NCBI GenBank assembly: GCA_050173015.1
Contig: JBFXLE010000003.1
Location: 32,001 to 96,000 of the forward strand
Length of the DNA: 64,000 nucleotides
Origin: Calditrichaceae bacterium
GTDB taxonomy: Bacteria; Calditrichota; Calditrichia; Calditrichales; JBFXGD01
Reading direction: 5' to 3'
The translations under genes and the position numbers were made by a program. Under the pieces are notes generated by a model. That model had not been told where the DNA came from. It worked only from the letters and a program-made list of their open reading frames with translations, and made no database searches. Positions 52,390 through 61,134 of this stretch are shown one piece after another (the stretch's first letter is position 1; each line of letters starts with the position of its first letter).

Positions 52390-54677
52390 TACACATCTCC
52401 TTTTTTGGGAATTAGTTTAGGTTTAATTATATGGATGAGAATTAACATCACTACTATGGTACCAAGGAATGACAGCAACATATTTAAGGAAATAAGTCCA
52501 CCGAGTTCCTGGTTTGGAGGAAAAGCCGATAGTAAAAGTACCGTAAAACCGAGAACAAGTACCAACGCGTTAAAGAAAATCGCGCGACCCGTGTGACCCA
52601 TTGTTCTGATAGCGATCAGGACTCGATCTTCAGTTTCCATTGAGAAAATTTTATAGCGCTCGATAAAGTGGATCGCGTAATCGATACCGATACCCATGGC
52701 TATGCTAGCCGCCAACGCGGTTGTTACACCCAGCGGTATATCTGAAAAACCCATGATGGCAAAACTGATCATCGCCGTAATAATTATAGGCACAGAACCA
52801 ATAAGTCCCGCGTTGAAGCTCCTGAACATGATGGCAAGTAGGATAATCACCATAATAACTGAGATCAGAAGACTGGAAATTTGACCTTCAAGAATCAGAT
52901 CCGTAAATACAAGTCCTTTGTATGCTGAACCCGCGAAATTCACCTTGATGCCGGGAAACATATCCTTATTATCTTCAATCAGATCAATCGTTTTTTGAAT
53001 AATCTTTGAATTATCGCCTTTCAACTGAACCGTCAGGTTAGCTCTTTTGTAGTTGTAATCAACTACCTTATCCAGATTTTCAGGATCCCCTGCCATCGTA
53101 TAAAGCAGCAGATATTGAGCGAGTAAATCGCGGGATTCAGGAATTACATCATATTTTACGCTGTCGCCATGCATTACCTTGTGCATTTTTCTCAGATAAT
53201 CGGCCATGGAGAAGGTATTGCCCACTTCCGGAATCGCTTCCAGTTTTTCCTGCAGAATATTTACATTTTTCCAGACCTCTGGAATTTTGAAGGTATCGTC
53301 TTCTCCTTCAAAAATCACATTAAACTGCGTCGTACCTGAAAAATGACTGTTTATAAAATGATCCGCCTTAACGATCTCACTGTCATCCTCAAAGTTTCTT
53401 AAGAAGCTTGAATCGATCCATACTTTCTGCATTCCGATCGCTGAGACTACAATGAGTACAACCGTGACCACAAGTATCATCTTACTGTTGTTTAAAATTG
53501 CATTGGTGAGTCGCCCCGCCAAACCTTCTTTTTCCGATGTTTTCGCTGCTTTAAGCTTCAATTTTGGCAACCCGACCATGTATAGCGCTGCCGGTAGAAA
53601 GGCGATGGACAAAAATAATGCCATGAGTACACCAAATGCCGTGAAAAGACCAAAATATTTCACCGGCCAAACCTGCGATGTAATCAGGGATACAAATCCT
53701 ATGGCGGTTGTCGTTGCGGCCATTAACACAGGCTTCCACATTACTTCAATCATATTGTCAAGGGCTTCTTCTTTTGAAGCATCAGGATTTTCTTTAAGAA
53801 ATAATTCAAGACAATTAAACAAGTGAATGGCATACGCCACACCAATGGCGATAAGCATTACCGGGATCATGGTCGATACCGCGTATATTGGGATCTTGAA
53901 GGCCGACATTAATCCGAATGCCCAAATTGTACTCAGAATTACGATGAATAATGTGACCAAAAGCGATTTAAAACTGCGTAAAGTCAGCAGAAGAACAAGA
54001 ATGATCACCAATAAGACAATCGGGATCATTTTTTTCATATCTTCCGGAGCCAGCTGCGCTAATGTTCCCTCAACAACCGGGCGTCCCGCGAAATAAATAT
54101 TTTCAGGGCCACGAAATTCCTCGGCTGTCTCCCGTATCTGATTATACAAGGCTTCATCAAATACGACATCTCCTTCAAGCTCCGCGACTATGATTGTCGC
54201 TGTCTCGTCATGAGAAACCATCCGGCCCATGATCATGTCATTACCCGTAACAGCTTCACGAATACTTGCAAGACCCGCGGAATCCTCAGGAACTTTTGTA
54301 AAGAACGGCCTTACATCCATACCAACATCGCTAGAAACAATGTTATCAAGGGTATAAAGACTTGTGACATTGTCCTTTTCGATCTGGCTCATCTTCTGTA
54401 GTTTTTTAGTGATGGTTTTGATCTTATTCAATGTACCTGAAGTAAAGAGACCATCAGGATTTTCGACAACGAAGATAAAAGCGTCTTTGATATTGAACCA
54501 CGACTCCGCCTGATCACTGTAAACAAATGCCGGATGTTCCGAAGGCATATACTTATCGAGATTCGTTTCGACACGGGCATGTTGGCCCATTTGCCATAAT
54601 GAAAGCGCGGTCAGGATTACTACGATCGTCATCACAAGGACTGGCTTTCGGTAGAATCCCTTCAAATAATTAACCAT
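52389..54677 (-). CDS. MMPL/RND-superfamily transporter
   Basis: Two TM-periplasmic-5TM halves, IAIGVAYAIH, TTAIGF.SL, GIGIDYAIH, TGRAI; start ATG 54677. Confidence 0.9.
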   Translation of the reverse strand: MVNYLKGFYRKPVLVMTIVVILTALSLWQMGQHARVETNLDKYMPSEHPAFVYSDQAESWFNIKDAFIFVVENPDGLFTSGTLNKIKTITKKLQKMSQIEKDNVTSLYTLDNIVSSDVGMDVRPFFTKVPEDSAGLASIREAVTGNDMIMGRMVSHDETATIIVAELEGDVVFDEALYNQIRETAEEFRGPENIYFAGRPVVEGTLAQLAPEDMKKMIPIVLLVIILVLLLTLRSFKSLLVTLFIVILSTIWAFGLMSAFKIPIYAVSTMIPVMLIAIGVAYAIHLFNCLELFLKENPDASKEEALDNMIEVMWKPVLMAATTTAIGFVSLITSQVWPVKYFGLFTAFGVLMALFLSIAFLPAALYMVGLPKLKLKAAKTSEKEGLAGRLTNAILNNSKMILVVTVVLIVVSAIGMQKVWIDSSFLRNFEDDSEIVKADHFINSHFSGTTQFNVIFEGEDDTFKIPEVWKNVNILQEKLEAIPEVGNTFSMADYLRKMHKVMHGDSVKYDVIPESRDLLAQYLLLYTMAGDPENLDKVVDYNYKRANLTVQLKGDNSKIIQKTIDLIEDNKDMFPGIKVNFAGSAYKGLVFTDLILEGQISSLLISVIMVIILLAIMFRSFNAGLIGSVPIIITAMISFAIMGFSDIPLGVTTALAASIAMGIGIDYAIHFIERYKIFSMETEDRVLIAIRTMGHTGRAIFFNALVLVLGFTVLLLSAFPPNQELGGLISLNMLLSFLGTIVVMLILIHIIKPKLIPKKGDV

Positions 54678-54733
54678 TACACACTCCTTAGTTTGAGTAA
54701 CAATTCCCATACGGGACTATTATGAAAAAATAA

Positions 54734-55333
54734 TTATTTCACAATACTGTCTACAAAAATTAGTCTTTCTAAACTATCGATCATTCCCCGACCCCGCTCA
54801 TCTAGTGAAAATGTGAAGTTTCTTCTCCTCCATTCCAGGATAATCATGCTGATAATTCCCAGAATCACGACGATCAAATCCTGTGTTTTCACATTTACCA
54901 CAGTTCCTTCTGATTTTGCCTGATCGATGAGATTCTCCAAAATCAGAAACCTGGAATTCCGAAATAAACGCAATTTTTCCCCAAGCGACGGTTGCGGACC
55001 AAATATCTCGTCATAAAACAGAACAGCCGTCAATTCGGGATGATTTTCCAGAAATCTCAACTGGAACATGATAAGCTGCATGATCCTTTCCTTAGCGGTA
55101 TCAAATTCATTCAGCTTCTCATTCATTATTTTTCCAAAGATGAGCATGCGATCCAGAATTCCATTTAGAATTTCTTCTTTATTTGTAAAATGTCTGTAAA
55201 TAGCCGGTTCAGATATACCGACTTTTTTTGCCAGTTCTCTGATAGAAAGTGCAGGATATCCCTGATCATGAATGATTTGAAGCGCCTGATCAATGATCTG
55301 CCTTTTTCTCTCCTTAGTTGTCATCCTTGCCAT
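54734..55333 (-). CDS. TetR/AcrR-family transcriptional regulator
   Basis: RK.QII..A..II...G...LSIRELAKKVGISEPAIYRHF.NKE. Confidence 0.93.
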   Translation of the reverse strand: MARMTTKERKRQIIDQALQIIHDQGYPALSIRELAKKVGISEPAIYRHFTNKEEILNGILDRMLIFGKIMNEKLNEFDTAKERIMQLIMFQLRFLENHPELTAVLFYDEIFGPQPSLGEKLRLFRNSRFLILENLIDQAKSEGTVVNVKTQDLIVVILGIISMIILEWRRRNFTFSLDERGRGMIDSLERLIFVDSIVK

Positions 55334-55383
55334 TTTTTTCCTAACGGCTTTAATTTTGCTCTATTAAATTCTTTCTATTTTCT

Positions 55384-55767
55384 TTACGCCGGCGCAAACC
55401 AGCTTTCTTTTTTCTTTGATAGCAAAACAAACATACTAATCCAGATCACGGATCTTACCGTCATACCGATAACACTCTTCATGGCGACAGCATCAGAAAA
55501 TATTGTGAGGATCAACAGCCATACAATGGTATGTCCAACCGCCACCAATCCCGCCACATTGATCGCGTGGGCATGCCTTAACCAGAAACCGAATCCGACA
55601 AAAATGGATACGGCCGCCATCGTAAGGTTATAGTAAATTAGCCATGGCAGAACCAAGTGATCGGGATTCTTGATCCCCAGTACTATCGGTAATCCATCTA
55701 CAATGGCTGTAACTCCGAACAAAACGGCCAGAACCGCCAGGCTTTTCAGAACAACGCCACCTTTCAT
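55384..55767 (-). CDS. Small 4-TM membrane protein of unknown function
   Basis: Four hydrophobic segments; second ATG (55767) has RBS AAAGGTGG; alternative start 55782. Confidence 0.6.
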   Translation of the reverse strand: MKGGVVLKSLAVLAVLFGVTAIVDGLPIVLGIKNPDHLVLPWLIYYNLTMAAVSIFVGFGFWLRHAHAINVAGLVAVGHTIVWLLILTIFSDAVAMKSVIGMTVRSVIWISMFVLLSKKKESWFAPA

Positions 55768-55874
55768 AATTCCACCTTTCATTGTTCACTTTTTTCTTTT
55801 TAAAATCGCTTCAGGCTGAATCGTTTTTACGTTTTTGAGCATCAACCATTTATCGATTCATTGAATAAATCTTG

Positions 55875-56768
55875 TTAAATACCGCCAAAAATCACCAGCA
55901 GCATCGCGCTCAACATGTAAAGCGACGCGTATTTAAACAGCCCGAAATTGACTTTTTCAGATGGGCGTAAAACACTTGCCAGAGATAATCCCAAAATTCC
56001 TACGGATAATATCCCGAGCAATCTAAGATATCCCCAGGAAAGGCCGATCGCCATGGCGCCCATTCCAATGGCGATCGCCGCTCCCAGGCTTGAAACCGCA
56101 ATGATCAATCGAGTATATTTATTACCATATTCAGATGGAAAGGTCGGTACACCGGCGCGCTGATAGTCATCATGATAACGCATACTGAACGTCATGATAT
56201 GCGTTGGAATCCACAAAAGAATGGCCAGCGCGAATAAAATTCCGATTCCATCAACTGTTCCCAAACCCAGGGTCCGGCCTGCAAGAACCGGCATACCACC
56301 GGATATTCCACCCCAGATAATGGACCAGGCTGTTCTCCGTTTGAGCCACATTGTATAAATCACCACATCGATGAACAGCCCCGCGAACACTACGACGGCA
56401 TATTGAAATGATAAGGTCAAAGCCCACAGCAACCCCAGAAGGGAAATGCTTAAGCCCAGAACCAGAGCTTCTTTCGCATCTAACTTGCCTGAGGGCAAAG
56501 GCCGGTGCGCCGTTCGATTCATTTTTGAATCAATATCCCGGTCATAAACCATATTTAGAATCGTGCTTCCGCTAATAGCAAGAAACAGGCTGCCAATCAG
56601 CCCAAATCCAACTTCAAAGGAAGATACCGGGCAGCGGGCGCTGATATATCCCGTAATTCCGGTGATCAACAGTAAACCCGTTTGCAGGCTTTTAATAAGA
56701 GGCCAGTATAATTTTATCCTGGCCCCGATTTTTTGTTTTATTGTAATCGTAGTGTTTTGCATGTCCAT
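55875..56768 (-). CDS. ctaB: Protoheme IX farnesyltransferase (heme O synthase)
   Basis: NM.YDRDID.KM.RT..RPLPSG, YT.WLKRRT, GG.SG..P.L.G, W.P.H, DY..AGVP; exact start uncertain (56762-56777). Confidence 0.92.
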   Translation of the reverse strand: MDMQNTTITIKQKIGARIKLYWPLIKSLQTGLLLITGITGYISARCPVSSFEVGFGLIGSLFLAISGSTILNMVYDRDIDSKMNRTAHRPLPSGKLDAKEALVLGLSISLLGLLWALTLSFQYAVVVFAGLFIDVVIYTMWLKRRTAWSIIWGGISGGMPVLAGRTLGLGTVDGIGILFALAILLWIPTHIMTFSMRYHDDYQRAGVPTFPSEYGNKYTRLIIAVSSLGAAIAIGMGAMAIGLSWGYLRLLGILSVGILGLSLASVLRPSEKVNFGLFKYASLYMLSAMLLVIFGGI

Positions 56769-56782
56769 ATCTATCAATCGTT

Positions 56783-57736
56783 CTATTTTTCTGTGTCTTG
56801 CTCAACCTGATTTACTTCAGTTCCGTCGGATTTTTGAACATCCCTCGCGCAACGGAATCCGGTATTGATACTGTAATAATCAGGGCCGGCGCTGTTTCTC
56901 ATCCATACACGAAGATCATAATCGTAAGTGCCGTTGCTTCCACCCCTCATATAGCGGTAATGAACGTGCTCTTTGTCATCACCGGTCCACTGCCATACAT
57001 TTCCGGCCATATCGTAGAGGCCGTAAGGGCTTTTTGCGTCCACTGTCTGAAATCCATCGTAATTCTTCCCGTTGTAAAATCCGACTGGAGTCGTTCCGCC
57101 CATTCTGCCAAAAATAGATTCGTACACATCCTGGCTCGCATAATAATTCGCGTAGCCGTGTCCGATTTCATCACCCCAGGGCCAAACACGCTGATCGGTG
57201 CCACGGGCTGCTTTTTCCCATTCAATTTCAGTTGGAACACGCCAGCCGTAGAAATCCGCGTAAGCAACCGCTCCAAACCAGGAAACCATCACCATGGGGT
57301 GGTTTTCGTAACCTTTTTCTACTGAAAATGAAGATCCGTCGTAATTGACATGAAGACCGCGTTCATTCAGATTCAGATGAAGTTTATCCCCTTCTTCAAT
57401 AACAAATTCATGTTTGTACCCATGAAACGGATCTCCGGGATAATATCCCATGACGACCCCGTCAACAATTTTGATGGTGCCTTTCGCGAGCGCCTCATTC
57501 AGATATTTCGCGTACTGGGTATTCGTTACATCAGTAACCATCATCTCAAAATCGTAAGGTACAGAAGTAACGTGATTGTGCTGACCTTTGTAAAAATTTC
57601 CCGCAGGCACCAGTACCCAGGAATCCGGATTAACGCCGGTATCAAAAGTCGGGATTTCAACTGTTACCCGGTCTCCGGCGATAACGGTAAGTGCCATCAT
57701 TAATATGGCAGATAGAATCATCAATAATTTTTTCAT
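56783..57736 (-). CDS. Secreted formylglycine-generating-enzyme-fold (SUMF1/NirV-like) protein lacking catalytic Cys
   Basis: Signal peptide, VTN.QY..YL, HP.V.VSW, R.PTE.EWEKAARG, SPYGLYDMAGNVW.W, RGGS, GFRC. Confidence 0.88.
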   Translation of the reverse strand: MKKLLMILSAILMMALTVIAGDRVTVEIPTFDTGVNPDSWVLVPAGNFYKGQHNHVTSVPYDFEMMVTDVTNTQYAKYLNEALAKGTIKIVDGVVMGYYPGDPFHGYKHEFVIEEGDKLHLNLNERGLHVNYDGSSFSVEKGYENHPMVMVSWFGAVAYADFYGWRVPTEIEWEKAARGTDQRVWPWGDEIGHGYANYYASQDVYESIFGRMGGTTPVGFYNGKNYDGFQTVDAKSPYGLYDMAGNVWQWTGDDKEHVHYRYMRGGSNGTYDYDLRVWMRNSAGPDYYSINTGFRCARDVQKSDGTEVNQVEQDTEK

Positions 57737-59268
57737 TATTTCACCTCCTGTCCGGATACAGTATTTGCAGTTTCAGCAATGAATGAAGGCGAAGTCATAT
57801 TTACTTCTAACTCAGGATTCTGAGCTTCTTTCTGCCATAGTCCGTCATTTCTAAACAGATCGATCAATCTCCAGACCAGAATAATTGAAAGGAGAATCAA
57901 GACTAACCCCAAACCGATATCGGTAAGCAGCATAGTGGTATCAACCAGACCCTGTTGATCGATTTCGGGGACGATGAGCCTCTTAAATGAGAAGATTGTC
58001 ATCGAAGCGAAGGCAATATCTGAGCCAATGATAATCAGCCAGCCTAACCATTTTCTGGCTTTCCCTTTTATACCTGAAATATCGATATAATACATTAATA
58101 TAATTGTTGCGATAATGGCGGAGAGAATATGCCAGTGACCTGACAAAGTGATTCTTTCTTCTCTCGCGGGCCATACCCGGAAAATCGCGTCCAGCTTAAC
58201 AGCTAAGAAAATACCAACACCGCTGACGGTGAAGTTCATAAACACCATCTGCCAGAGCGGTCCGAATTTAATCGGATCGTGGATCAGAGCCGCGATTGAC
58301 TGGAAGATATTCGCTTTCTCGATACCCTGTTCGGCTAGCCGGTCTTTGATCAGCTTTCTCCAACCGAAAATCACAAGCATCAATGCCGCGCTCATTGAAA
58401 AAACAGAACCTACATAAATAAAAGTATGAGCCGTCGCTTCATAAGGAACCACCGACCAGACGCCCAGAGTAATAACGATGATACCGATAATCATCAGGGG
58501 CATCGCGATTTTATGGAAAATTCCTTTGAAATCAAGCCAGCGGCCGACAATCAAGGTAATTGCAATCGCGATCAACGCGAGCATGATATGCAAATGTCCG
58601 ATAACCGCCAGTTCGATTGAAGAATGATGGGGATCGCGTATGATATTTTCCGCTAAAAAGGTTTCATGCCCGTGTGTCCAGTACGCGCCTGCCGCGGCGC
58701 CAAACAATGCGGAACCCAGGGTAGCGACAACCATTGAAAAAAAAGCAACCCGCTCTAAGTCAAGTCCTTTTTTAGTATGAGAATATTCATTATCGCACAC
58801 ATAATACTCTTTATTCCAGGGCCAGACAGCCACGGCCAGAATGGCGCCGGAAAAAAAGACCAAAGTCTGACCGGCAATAAATAATCCGTGAACCAAAAAA
58901 TCACGTCCGAAATATGCAAACCAAAGTCCAAAAACCAGAACCATTAGATATCCAACCGTAATTGTTGCGTTTACAACAGTCTGATATATTTTTTTCATCG
59001 GTACAATTGAAGTAATCATATATACCTCAATCGCGATGACCGCCATTGCTATCGAGTGATAAAGAGCAATCATCCGGCCTTCTCTGAAAATCGGATGCAA
59101 ATCCATGCCGAGAAGGCTGACGGTAATATCCCTTACGCCCCATTCAGCCATCGGACCGGATAAAGTCCCCCAGATTGCGGTGACCAGGGAGATTGCTGAT
59201 ATCGCTAACAGGATCAGTCCTTTTGTCGACTGGAAAAGATACTGCAAACGGGTGAAACGAGACTCCAT
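57736..59268 (-). CDS. 12-TM His-rich membrane protein, heme-copper-oxidase-homology candidate
   Basis: Twelve hydrophobic segments; His71, His127, His225/227, His281, His378/380 recur with a ~154-aa period; stop overlaps the next ATG. Confidence 0.65.
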   Translation of the reverse strand: MESRFTRLQYLFQSTKGLILLAISAISLVTAIWGTLSGPMAEWGVRDITVSLLGMDLHPIFREGRMIALYHSIAMAVIAIEVYMITSIVPMKKIYQTVVNATITVGYLMVLVFGLWFAYFGRDFLVHGLFIAGQTLVFFSGAILAVAVWPWNKEYYVCDNEYSHTKKGLDLERVAFFSMVVATLGSALFGAAAGAYWTHGHETFLAENIIRDPHHSSIELAVIGHLHIMLALIAIAITLIVGRWLDFKGIFHKIAMPLMIIGIIVITLGVWSVVPYEATAHTFIYVGSVFSMSAALMLVIFGWRKLIKDRLAEQGIEKANIFQSIAALIHDPIKFGPLWQMVFMNFTVSGVGIFLAVKLDAIFRVWPAREERITLSGHWHILSAIIATIILMYYIDISGIKGKARKWLGWLIIIGSDIAFASMTIFSFKRLIVPEIDQQGLVDTTMLLTDIGLGLVLILLSIILVWRLIDLFRNDGLWQKEAQNPELEVNMTSPSFIAETANTVSGQEVK

Positions 59269-59397
59269 ATTTATTTTCCTTTTTTAAATTTCAATACAAC
59301 ATCACAAACAAATTTCAATTTTTTTGCAGACTCATCCGGTCTGAAAATTTTTCAATAAAATTGACTTCCTTTTACACTAATCCATGCACAAATATTG

Positions 59398-60021
59398 TTA
59401 TTTACCCGTCAACTGCATTTTTTTGACGAATCCGAATGTGTACGAAATGCTCATCAGAAGCAGGATGGGCGCCAATATTGTAAAGATCACATCTGCGGAT
59501 AAAATGGGAACACCGGCTTTTAAAAAGGCCAGCGCGATTCCACCGATACCGATCAAAGTGCCGCCTACAGTAACCCAGATAAATTCTTTTGGAGCTTCAC
59601 CCTTTGAAGAAACAAGGATAGGCAGCCCGAAAATAATTAAGCCGGCCACGGTATGCACGATAACAAGTACGAGAGTTGCAAGTTCGTGCGGTCCCGTAAA
59701 GCGGGTAACGGCAATCGCCAGTAATCCAAGTATTGCAAATATTAAAAATGACTTTTCATGTTTGGGAAGGAATTCTGAAACTAATCCCGCCGCCAATCCC
59801 ACCGGGATAAACACTGCTACAATGACTACCAGTGGTGAGGCGAGAATTCCATACCCTAGAGCGATCAACAGCAATCCCGAAACCAGGAGCACCGTGAATG
59901 ACAGGATATAATAGATGTTGTGCATACTGTTTGTTTTTTGATAATCTTTAAAAAGCCTAAACAGTAAATAGATAGCAGTCAAACCGGTCAACAATAATAC
60001 GATTTGATCGAAGGCATTCAT
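59398..60021 (-). CDS. Hypothetical ~7-TM membrane protein
   Basis: Highly hydrophobic 207-aa ORF with RBS AAGGA; intramembrane His in VHTVAG. Confidence 0.7.
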   Translation of the reverse strand: MNAFDQIVLLLTGLTAIYLLFRLFKDYQKTNSMHNIYYILSFTVLLVSGLLLIALGYGILASPLVVIVAVFIPVGLAAGLVSEFLPKHEKSFLIFAILGLLAIAVTRFTGPHELATLVLVIVHTVAGLIIFGLPILVSSKGEAPKEFIWVTVGGTLIGIGGIALAFLKAGVPILSADVIFTILAPILLLMSISYTFGFVKKMQLTGK

Positions 60022-60070
60022 TTTAGTTCCTTTCTGCCATATTATAAATTTTTGTCAAACAAAACTGACA

Positions 60071-60157
60071 ATCCCCCTTCAATTCTTTTAAAAAACATGA
60101 CAGAGCTCCAGATCTTTCGGGGGGGGGGATAAAAGAATCTGTGATGAGCTCTGCCAT
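60071..60157 (-). other. Structured intergenic element: long hairpin with a C10 loop and downstream complementary G-tract
   Basis: Minus strand ATGGCAGAGCTC...CAGAT.CTTT-[ATC10]-GAAAG-ATCTG-GAGCTCTGTCAT-GTTTTTT...GGGGGAT. Confidence 0.5.
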
Positions 60158-60219
60158 ATAAATCAGCTATTTCAAATGTTTAATACCATCTTGTTTCTCT
60201 TTTGCTACTTCTATAGTTC

Positions 60220-61011
60220 TTACGAATTTTTCCATTCGGTAAGAAGCTTGTTTGTGTTTGGCATAAGGAGCACGATAAGTAAGCAGCCTGCAATTATCGG
60301 CGCCGGCAAAAACATGGAGAAACGATGTACTTCCATGATATTTACAATAGCCAGAGGAAGCGCGCCGATCAAAGACATCATCGATGCAAAGATTCCGAGA
60401 TACAGAGACCATGATTTTCTTTTAAGGACGGCAAGAGAAAATACCAGCCAAGCGGTTGCTCCAAACCATGTCACCATCATATCGACCGCATACATACCTT
60501 TCCAAAGGTCATTGTATGTTGTCGTCTGATACTTGGAAATAAGCGCTACACCGCACATGTAGGTCAGTACATAAGCTAAACCGGCGACAAATAACAACGC
60601 TATGACTTTTTTATCAACTTTCTCAATAAACATAATTCCAAACCAAACAACAGTAGCAATAATAAACACAGTCATTGTTGGTGCAGGCAGATCAATACTT
60701 TTTGCCGGAATTGTCGGGAAAAACCCGGCCAGCATCTGCAATGACGCGGCTACGATTGCCCAGAATCCTGCCCATTCCAGTTTTTTCAAATAACCATACA
60801 TAACCACTACCCACAAAGCACTTGCTGAGATACCAAGCCAACCAAGCATCGATTGGGTAATCATAACAGCGATCGCCTCATCCGGACGGCCACCGGCTAT
60901 TTTTCCATTAATGACTGTCATATACGTGTCAGCCAGGTGATAGAAAAGCAGCATTCCGGCAAAGAATCCAACGATGGCCAATACCGCACCTAATGCACTT
61001 TTGTTCTTCAT
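60220..61011 (-). CDS. Hypothetical 8-TM membrane protein with internal duplication
   Basis: 263 aa, RBS GGAGGAG; two similar halves (W.G.....W......LK..W...AI.A......G..P). Confidence 0.7.
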   Translation of the reverse strand: MKNKSALGAVLAIVGFFAGMLLFYHLADTYMTVINGKIAGGRPDEAIAVMITQSMLGWLGISASALWVVVMYGYLKKLEWAGFWAIVAASLQMLAGFFPTIPAKSIDLPAPTMTVFIIATVVWFGIMFIEKVDKKVIALLFVAGLAYVLTYMCGVALISKYQTTTYNDLWKGMYAVDMMVTWFGATAWLVFSLAVLKRKSWSLYLGIFASMMSLIGALPLAIVNIMEVHRFSMFLPAPIIAGCLLIVLLMPNTNKLLTEWKNS

Positions 61012-61097
61012 TTTACTCCTCCATATAATTAATTAATTGTACCAGATAGTATCCATTTGCGGCATATATACCGCCGTTTAAAAACTCAAAACATTAT

Positions 61098-61117
61098 GTA
61101 AGTTGTCACTTACCAAC
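61098..61117. promoter_or_regulatory. Degenerate TetR-type operator
   Basis: GTAAGTTG-TCAC-TTACCAAC, resembling the two operators at 61916 and 62063. Confidence 0.45.
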
Positions 61118-61134
61118 ATACGCGACAAAAAAAA

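Noticed and set aside
56783-57000. Diversity-generating retroelement target (FGE/CLec fold C-terminus)
   Set aside because: No template repeat or reverse transcriptase seen in the window.
57736-59268. Calling the 510-aa protein a bona fide cytochrome oxidase or NOR subunit I
   Set aside because: Lacks the TM7 HH pair and HPxVY/HLWVE, and there is no CuA or cytochrome subunit II; reported only as a homology candidate.
60167-60412. 81-aa ORF overlapping the 263-aa gene end
   Set aside because: Alternative-frame overlap with no RBS or recognisable features.
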